A stretch of DNA of 64,000 nt, taken from the NCBI GenBank assembly GCA_024346625.1, contig AP024668.1:124001-188000 (forward strand). The letters run 5' to 3'. The notes under the pieces are model-generated. The model searched no databases and had not been told where the DNA came from. It saw only the letters and a list, made by a program, of their open reading frames with translations. Positions 56,746-64,000 of this stretch are shown in pieces; positions within the stretch are counted from its first letter, which is position 1, and every line of letters starts with the position of its first letter. A program made the translations under genes and the position numbers. The stretch is from Williopsis jadinii. Taxonomy: Eukaryota.

Positions 56746-57309
56746 CTAAAACGTCACATCGTGTGGTAAACACCTGTGTTCCCGACCATCTGGTCTCGTA
56801 CTTCTTCCTTTGTCCCTCGCCATGCCTTTACGCATGTCGAAGGCATCCTTATCGTCGTTCACCATCTTGGTGTTTGGCACCCAACTACCATTACCGTAAT
56901 AACCAACAACACGTCTATATACAGAATATCCCAGCTTCTCGTACATCCCGATGGCCAGTGAATTGGTCACCTTGACGAAGAGATCGATGAAGTTTGTCTC
57001 GTGAGGAGGGGCATCGGTGATGTACTCAAGATTATCACACAGGAACGAGGCCAGCCCTAGTCGTCTGTAGTGAACATTCACCGTCACAGCGGTGATGTGG
57101 GTGTGCCATAGATCACCTTTACCCTCTGTCTTTCCCATCATGTATCCGCTGTTCACGTCACCAACCTCCACGCTCTTGAAGAATAACGAAGGCCATGTCG
57201 TTAGGTATTCGAGGTAGAAACCAATGTTGAAGTTCTCAGTCAGTGGATCAAGGTTGACTGCATTCAGGTCAAATAGATCAGTGGCCTGGAAAGGTCTCAG
57301 GGATGTCAT
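56746..57309 (-). CDS. NAT3: NatB N-terminal acetyltransferase catalytic subunit
   Basis: NLDPLTENF, WHTHITAVTV, DLFVKVTN, LGYSVYRRVVGYY and DAFDMRK. Confidence 0.95.
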   Translation of the reverse strand: MTSLRPFQATDLFDLNAVNLDPLTENFNIGFYLEYLTTWPSLFFKSVEVGDVNSGYMMGKTEGKGDLWHTHITAVTVNVHYRRLGLASFLCDNLEYITDAPPHETNFIDLFVKVTNSLAIGMYEKLGYSVYRRVVGYYGNGSWVPNTKMVNDDKDAFDMRKGMARDKGRSTRPDGREHRCLPHDVTF

Positions 57310-57468
57310 TTGTGTCAGGCTTCGATCCTCTGTCCCTTGTCCTGTGTCCCTGGCCCTATGTCCCTTATGCTTTGTCTTTTTTAGTCGTGGAAAAACTGGC
57401 GGAAAAAAACTGATATTGGAAACCCATACACCACTAGTACAACATCACAACACTGCAACAGCGCTACA

Positions 57469-58263
57469 ATGACTCGCTTCAGAGGCTGTATAGATATCCA
57501 CTCTGGCCAGGTTAAGCAGATTGTTGGTGGTACATTATCTGGTGATGACGTCCAAAGAGATGAAGCGTTGACCACGAATTTCGTCTCGAGTCTTCCGTCG
57601 TCTCACTACGCATCTCTGTACAAGGACAACAACGTTAGAGGGACACATGTCATTAAGCTCGGGTCCAATGAAGCCAACGACAACACTGCTAAGGAGGCGT
57701 TGAAGACATGGCCAAATGCTCTGCAGATTGGTGGTGGTATCAACTTGGAGAACGCGCAGTACTGGATAGATCAGGGTGCTTCGCACGTCATCGTCACTAG
57801 CTGGCTATTCCCTAACGGCGAGTTTGATCTGTCTAGGCTACAACAACTCTCTGAGACCATTGGAAAGGATAGACTCGTTGTTGACCTGAGCTGTAAGAGA
57901 CAGATCAAGAACGACAAGGTTTCGTGGGTCGTTGCCATCAACAAATGGCAAACATTGACGGACTTCCAGCTCTCAAAGGAGACATTTCAAGAGTTATCAC
58001 AATACTGTGATGAATTTTTGGTCCATGCCGCAGACGTCGAGGGCCTATGCCAAGGCATAGACGAGGAGCTCGTTGTGAAGCTGGCTGAGTGGTGTAATAT
58101 TCCAATCACATATGCTGGAGGTGCGAAGGACGTTGCCGATCTCAGAAGAGTTCAAGAACTCAGCCAGGGGAAAGTCGACCTCACATATGGCAGTGCTCTT
58201 GATATATTTGGTGGAAAGCTAGTTAGATTTAAAGACTGTGTTGATTGGAACAGTCAACATTGA
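57469..58263 (+). CDS. HIS6: ProFAR isomerase (eukaryotic HisA)
   Basis: [36 protein letters not shown] and [13 protein letters not shown]. Confidence 0.97.
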   Translation: MTRFRGCIDIHSGQVKQIVGGTLSGDDVQRDEALTTNFVSSLPSSHYASLYKDNNVRGTHVIKLGSNEANDNTAKEALKTWPNALQIGGGINLENAQYWIDQGASHVIVTSWLFPNGEFDLSRLQQLSETIGKDRLVVDLSCKRQIKNDKVSWVVAINKWQTLTDFQLSKETFQELSQYCDEFLVHAADVEGLCQGIDEELVVKLAEWCNIPITYAGGAKDVADLRRVQELSQGKVDLTYGSALDIFGGKLVRFKDCVDWNSQH

Positions 58264-58287
58264 TTTCAACGTATATACATCCGCATA

Positions 58288-59229
58288 TTAGTACTGATAC
58301 TGTCCGTATTGAGACCCGTACTGCTGACCATACTGTGAAGCCCCATATTGTGATTGACCATATCCGGTGTTGCCACCACCATAACCTGTAAAGCCACCGT
58401 TTGTTTGTCCATGAGCTCCATAACCAGTACGGGATCCATCAGCAATCTTGTTCAGCTCTGAAACGATACCGGCAATCTTTTTCTGCAAGACATCAATACC
58501 ACGCGCAACAACCTCATTTGGTGGTAGCGAGCCAACAGTCTCAACGTTTATATAGAACTTATCCGGTTCAGCTCTGTAATCAAACTCGTCATCCTTTGAA
58601 GGTGGATCTTCGAATCCACAGTTCTCAGATTTTGGCCATTCGGCGTCGGCATCCACTTCATACCAGTAGTCTGTGTGTTTGAGCTTATTCCATGGATCGT
58701 ACTCGAACCCAATGGCTGCACATGGGGACCATTTGGCGTGTTCCTTTGAGATACCCTTCTTTGCAATACAACGTACCTTCAACTGTTGGTCTTGTCTCAG
58801 TCTACAGATCAGAACACCATTGTGTGCTTGGTCAACAATGATAGGCGTACCAATGTTCAAGTTTTGATTGGAACTGACAATGTTCAAGTCCTTGGAATAC
58901 ACCGATAGCGTTTCTTCTTCGGCACGCACGTCCAAGCTCAGTTCAACAGAACAACGGTTGCAATAGTCGTCACAGGTGCAGTCCCTGGAGTACTCCAACT
59001 TATCAACATCGAGACTCTGTAAGGGTATAAGACCCAGTCTATGTGCTATGAATTCATCGGCCAACACCGAGGAGTTGAGCTCAATCTCAACGCTATCGAT
59101 GGCCAATGTTGGGATCTCTGCAATCATTGTTCTTCTCAACGAGTTCGCAAGCGCAAGATCAACATCTGCTAATACGAAGTCAACGGAGTCTTCATCTATA
59201 TGTCTAATGGTGATCTTTGGTTCTGTCAT
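58288..59229 (-). CDS. RPB3: RNA polymerase II subunit Rpb3
   Basis: [41 protein letters not shown] zinc loop and KEHAKWSP; start MTEPKI at 59229. Confidence 0.97.
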   Translation of the reverse strand: MTEPKITIRHIDEDSVDFVLADVDLALANSLRRTMIAEIPTLAIDSVEIELNSSVLADEFIAHRLGLIPLQSLDVDKLEYSRDCTCDDYCNRCSVELSLDVRAEEETLSVYSKDLNIVSSNQNLNIGTPIIVDQAHNGVLICRLRQDQQLKVRCIAKKGISKEHAKWSPCAAIGFEYDPWNKLKHTDYWYEVDADAEWPKSENCGFEDPPSKDDEFDYRAEPDKFYINVETVGSLPPNEVVARGIDVLQKKIAGIVSELNKIADGSRTGYGAHGQTNGGFTGYGGGNTGYGQSQYGASQYGQQYGSQYGQYQY

Positions 59230-59473
59230 TTGTCCCGTGGTCTCTGGTGTTAGTCCCTTTCCTGCGAGCCAGAGGGTCTGATGTCGTGAAACGTAATGTT
59301 TTGTTTTTAATTTGTCTCGAGAAAAATTGTCCACATTTTTTTCTTGGAGAACTTGTCCGAAACGCTCAGCACCGCGAAATAATGATGGAATATATCTCAT
59401 TCACCCCAATAGCCGCTGATTACCAAGGACAAGGGACGGCCCAAAGACGAAGTACAACGGTAACACACAAGAC

Positions 59474-59776
59474 ATGTCCAAGATCCCGATTCCTGATTTA
59501 CGGTTTGAGTCCTCATTCAGAAAGTCTCTGAACACCGAGTACTCTAAGGCTGGCATCAATGCATCCACAGAGTCCGTGGACCGCTATACAAACGCAATGG
59601 TGATCACAAAAGTCATAATGAGGGACTTGATCTTCATGCCACTCATACAAGGCTTCATATTTTCATCGCTAATGATACTGGCTAGACCATGGCTGGTCAA
59701 AGTCGCACGCAATGGAAGACAATTTGGTGTTGCGTTCTTCCAATCCTTAGGGCTTAGACCCAAACCCTTAGCCTGA
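59474..59776 (+). CDS. 100-aa single-TM protein, DUF1770/Atg43-C-terminal-like
   Basis: PIPDLRFESSF motif and RDLIFMPLIQGF followed by a hydrophobic helix; family recalled from memory, not searched. Confidence 0.7.
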   Translation: MSKIPIPDLRFESSFRKSLNTEYSKAGINASTESVDRYTNAMVITKVIMRDLIFMPLIQGFIFSSLMILARPWLVKVARNGRQFGVAFFQSLGLRPKPLA

Positions 59777-59860
59777 GACTATGTATTAGTCCTGCCGACA
59801 CGCCCAGTACATGTCTACACCTTTTGTTGATGAATTTTATAATGGATACGTTTTTACATT

Positions 59861-60560
59861 TCAAGACCAATCGGCACGACGGTTGTAGTTCCCATTGGCG
59901 TTACCACGGCCCCTACCTCTGTATCTATGGCCGTTGTTGTAGCCTCTCTGCGGTCTCTGTTCAGTGGCACTGTTTGATATGTTGTCGAAAAACGACTTCT
60001 TCTTATCATAAGCAGGCGCCTCATCGGGATCAGCCTGAGGTCTTTGTAGGTCATTATCTGTGCCTTCACTACTAGGTTGTGTTTGTCTGATATCAGCCTT
60101 GGAGAAGTCAAAATTGGCATCTGGCACTGCGCCGCTAAAGGCGTCTGACTGTTTCACGCGTCTTGGTGGCGGTCTTCTTGGTGGAATCTCGATGTCTGGT
60201 CCATCGTGCAATGACTTTGGTTCCTCTTCCCTCTTTGGTTCTTGAGTTTCTTGTTTTGGTTCATCTTCCAGCACGCTCAGGTCCTGGACATCACTGCCTC
60301 TAAACACCACAACAGGGTACACTTCTTCGCTTGGTGGTATTTCCTTTGACGGGTCGCCGAGTCTTCCCTCTGTTCCAAACGGTCTGACGTTCTTCAAAGT
60401 GACAGTGGCTTCTTCACCGTTCACATCGGCGAGAACTCCAACATAGCTTAATCATACAGAGTTAGTAGCAGACCGATGAAGCTTTAGAAGGGAAGCAAGT
60501 AACCTACCGGATTCCCTTTGAGGTGATCAGAGAGATGGTTCTTCCAATGTACTGGGACAT
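59861..60560 (-). CDS. SCD6: LSm14-family translational repressor, 212 aa; exons 60560-60508 and 60446-59861
   Basis: MSQYIGRTISLITSKGIR|YVGVL...FGTEGR...VFRGSDVQDL, FDF, FFD and RG-rich tail; 61-nt intron GTAGGT...TACTAAC...AAG. Confidence 0.9.
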
Positions 60561-60723
60561 CCTTTTATGGTCTAGTTTTTGGCGGTTTAGAAAAAGAGTA
60601 GACTCGATGACGTTGGTGGAGGAGGTCCTAGTCTCTTTTGTCCTTGTCCATTTTCACGTTGTAATATGATCATATTGATGGTCGCGAAATTTCCCCATTA
60701 CGTTTCAGGACATGGCGGACAGG

Positions 60724-60752
60724 GAAAATTTTGTGAGTGTGATGAGATGAGC
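60724..60752. promoter_or_regulatory. RRPE + PAC elements upstream of FAF1
   Basis: GAAAATTTT at 60724-60732 and GATGAGATGAGC at 60741-60752. Confidence 0.75.
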
Positions 60753-60818
60753 TTTTCGAAGCTCTCAAGAGGAAGAAGAAGGGGGTAGAGGAACCAGGCT
60801 GAAGTGGGACTGAACACC

Positions 60819-61775
60819 ATGATGGATTACGCAAAGCAGATGGAGGCTCAGCGAAGAGCTTTTGAAGCACAGTTCGGCTCGCTAGAGGAAATGGGGTTTG
60901 AAGACAAGACAAAAGCTGTTGAAGAGAGCGAAAGCGATGCTGATGGTGTTTCTGATAGTAATGATGAGAAAGAGAATGCCAGTGACGAAGACGAGGATGA
61001 GTTTCACGAGGATATGATTGACAGAGTGGATGATGAACAATCAGATAGTGATTATGAGGAGGAGATTGCTATACAGACGCCTCAACCCACGGTGATCAAG
61101 TTTAGAGACACGACGAGGGAATATACAGGTGTTAGCAAAGAGGATCAAAAATTGCTGAAATCAGGGAAGGCTACGATAAAGAAGAAGGCACCAATCACAA
61201 CAAATACACCAAAGACAAAGGAAGATACCGAGGACTTGAAAAATGACTTGGAACTACAGAGATTTCTATCGGAGTCCAATATCTTGCAACAGCACCAAAA
61301 GTATTCAGGTGCAGATTTACTCTCTACAACGTTGGAAGGCACAGGAACAGATTCACTCGTTGGTAAAGTGAGAAGGCACGCTCTCAAATCAAGAATTGAC
61401 GGTCTCAGTGAACAAACCAGCCATGGTAAGAATAGATCCAAATTGGAAAAGATGCCGATGTCCATGCGCAAAGGTATGGTTGAATCCTACAAGAAGAAAG
61501 TTGCCAAATTCGAGCAAGAAGCCAAAGACGGAGGGATTATTCTTGCAAAAGTGTCCAAGGGACAACTCAGAGATATTGGCAAGAAAGTCACTATACATGA
61601 GCGTATTGGTAAGCTGGATAAGTCTAAGCTGAAGAGCCAATACAGAAAGAAAGGTCTGAAGATCAACAGTGTCGGAAGAAACACCAGAAACGGGTTAATT
61701 ATTAGCCAAAAGGACATTGACCGTATCAACGGTACTGGCCAAACCAAAGGAAAGAAACACGGAAAGAGACGTTGA
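60819..61775 (+). CDS. FAF1: 40S assembly factor Faf1
   Basis: QRRAFEAQFGSLEEMGFEDKTK, DLELQRFLSES, KMPMSMRKGM and GLKINSVGR; near HIS6/RPB3 as in S. cerevisiae. Confidence 0.9.
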   Translation: MMDYAKQMEAQRRAFEAQFGSLEEMGFEDKTKAVEESESDADGVSDSNDEKENASDEDEDEFHEDMIDRVDDEQSDSDYEEEIAIQTPQPTVIKFRDTTREYTGVSKEDQKLLKSGKATIKKKAPITTNTPKTKEDTEDLKNDLELQRFLSESNILQQHQKYSGADLLSTTLEGTGTDSLVGKVRRHALKSRIDGLSEQTSHGKNRSKLEKMPMSMRKGMVESYKKKVAKFEQEAKDGGIILAKVSKGQLRDIGKKVTIHERIGKLDKSKLKSQYRKKGLKINSVGRNTRNGLIISQKDIDRINGTGQTKGKKHGKRR

Positions 61776-63087
61776 ATGTGATGATGCTGTGCACTTTCCA
61801 GCTCTCAACTCACTAATGACATCACCAAAATTGACCAATATATTGGTGGTGGATGTGTTATGTAATTTTACACGGTGCTCAGTGATAGGATCCTAACATT
61901 CGGTATACATCTTGTTTTACACCAGCTGTACATACATCTGAAGAGCTGATGAGCATCACAAGGGACCTAATTCATAAAAGTACGAGATTTTAGAACTTGC
62001 CAACCACTCTTCTGTAAAGGCTGTACAAATAGGATGTATTTCTGGCCTAGTTTGCTTCTAAATAGTTCAAGCCATGACTTGTATAAGCGCATAGACATGG
62101 AAAGCCAAGTGTTATGTGTCAGTATGCACAGCCGGTATTAGGTGCTTATCAACATACACTCCAGTTTCTACACACTACGCAGTACACATAGACGACAACA
62201 ACGACTCAGACCGTTACTGAGTACCTCTGGAGATGCCGTATGGCGTGGTGAAACACACAGCAGCTGGCTTACTTGTCTGAGCCATGACGACGAGCTATAG
62301 GCTGCCTTCAGTTTATGTCGATTCCCAACGGTTATGCATGAAATGCCTTAGATGCGCTTTAGCACCTTATCCTTGAACTCGTCGCTCATCTGTCCAATCT
62401 CTCATACCGTCTGTCCTTCCGTTTTGTAGAGATATGTATAACCACAGGCAAAACCACATACGTATAGGCCTTGTGTGATACTTTTGTCAATTGTGCACAC
62501 GACCTTATACATCCTCTTGCCTGGTTGATGTTACCGGTTGGCGACGCAAGCACTTGCACGTATGTACGCGTGTGTTCGCTACAGCGCTGTTCATAAGAAG
62601 CGCAGACTTCCCACACACAACCAATCGAGGGAGTCAGGCTTGACTCTGCGTGGTGCTTTGTGAAGAGGAAACGTCGTGTGACCTACAGGTAGCTGTTCGA
62701 AGGCGTTGTGGTGCCCCATGGCCCATTTTGCCAATCTGTTAAGAGAAAAAAGCCGTTGGACAGGAATGCGTCTCGGGACAAACGTTGTATGTAGGAGGAG
62801 CTGCACGGTGAAGATCTGAAACCATCCGCAAATTGTGTTGTTTGAAGCTGATGTGAAGAGCACACCAGTGTGATTCATCAATGGGCCATTGCAGTTGTGC
62901 AATGTAGGATTTGCCAACTGTCAATCAGCCGTCAAATATTTGCTTGTGTGTGTGTGTGTCACATCTCGCCATGCTGCTTGGCTGGAGATGTATACAGTCA
63001 GAGTGTGATGCAGTCCAAGCTGTGAAATGGCTCATATCCATCAAACCAGCTGTGCACATCTCTCACAGGCGAAGAGGACGAGAGAGC

Positions 63088-63106
63088 GTGTGTGTGTGTG
63101 TGTGTG
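63088..63106. repeat. (GT)n microsatellite; a second shorter tract at about 62945-62959
   Basis: gtgtgtgtgtgtgtgtgtg read directly. Confidence 0.9.
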
Positions 63107-64000
63107 CACATGCATAGTCCCTAGAGACCGAGGACAGGGCAGAAAGCTTAGACGAGTTTGTTATGGTGATTCCCATGGCGTCTTAGGGGACTTTTGTACA
63201 GTTCTCCATCCGCAACAAAGAAGCACCGTTGTTAGCCCATGTCCCACAGGCTGAGACTCGCATTGTATATAATTACAAGCAGACAGAATACAAATGTCCG
63301 GACATGGCTAAGGTCTAGGTCATGTCCACGGAATAGCCCACCTTAGTCACATGGTGTTTCTCCTCGCTCGCTGGAGCACACAGCGTCCCAAGGGCCCACC
63401 TCGCCCTCTGCTGATCTGCCATCACCTCTCCCTCCACCAGCCGGAAGCGCTCCACCCTCAAGCGACCACACACTTGTCCCTCATAGGACTTTGGCTATGC
63501 GACCAGCGTGCGTGCGCGCACTGGTCCAAGTGCGCAGGCCCACGTGGGCCCTCGCTCTTTCCCCAAAATGGCAACCGGGTTTAGCCTGTCAGCTCAGACT
63601 ACAACGACGATCTCATTGGAGCACCGCTTCACTCCAACCCAGTCGCATCCGTACAAAGCCTCAATTGGACATTCATCATACAAGTCGGACGTTTCATTTC
63701 GTTTCATTTCTTTTTTTTTTTACTCTACCTCTCTCTTTGCTGATTTGCTACGCCGGTGAATGATCAGTTGGTGTTGATCTCCGGCGACCAGCCTGTGAAG
63801 GTGCGATTAGCCCATTTCCTCTTTTGTCCCTGGCTTTCCTTTCGCTTGCTGCCTACAACCGCGCTCTCTCCCTCTGCCTAATTACGAAATCCTGCCTACC
63901 ATCCTCCTGCCCCCAGCCGGGTGTTTCCCTTCTGGCTCGTTTTTCATTTCCCACTGGGCCTGCACTTTGGACCGATCTCAAATTACCGGGTTACCTGTTT

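Noticed and set aside
61778..61960. C/D snoRNA (GTGATGA...CTGA) after FAF1
   Set aside because: No terminal stem in the right register and no recognisable rRNA guide; more likely 3' UTR plus a PAC-like motif.
62386..63763. Short ORFs at the right end of the window
   Set aside because: No protein character; microsatellites and pyrimidine tracts suggest non-coding DNA flanking a gene outside the window.

Overview
Gene-dense budding-yeast (Saccharomycotina) chromosome segment. It appears to use the standard genetic code, retains a respiratory complex I subunit and has short introns with degenerate splice signals, so it probably lies outside Saccharomycetaceae; a Cyberlindnera/Wickerhamomyces-like lineage is an inference only. 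About 27 protein genes are supported. Left arm: MFS transporter (cut by the window edge), TRM3, SNX41/ATG20-like, CYK3, RAM1, UBX3, SRP14 (intron), Ste20/GCK kinase, AIM6, KTR mannosyltransferase, ROX1/RFG1. Right arm: GPI Ser/Ala wall protein, RRP9, COG2 (2 introns), CTF4, an orphan ORF, NUP57, complex I NDUFA8, LicD/MNN4-like, TOM5, SPN1, RPS23 (intron), LisH/WD40 protein, ANT1, NAT3, HIS6, RPB3, a DUF1770/Atg43-like small protein, SCD6 (intron), FAF1. TOM5 and the MFS gene are absent from the ORF track, and SRP14, COG2, RPS23 and SCD6 appear there only as fragments; these models were reconstructed by hand. The main unexplained structure is a ~15 kb AT-rich, gene-free, apparently repeat-free interval (23635-38804), a candidate regional centromere. 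Other notable items are co-occurring Rap1, Cbf1 and Tbf1-type motifs in the RPS23 promoter, a 14-bp minisatellite upstream of the MFS ATG, a perfect 26-bp palindrome, an orphan Pol III B-box with hairpins, and unusual features in Rpb3, Rox1/Rfg1 and Scd6. No tRNA, rRNA, CRISPR array or recognisable transposon was found. All gene names are from recognition, not database searches.
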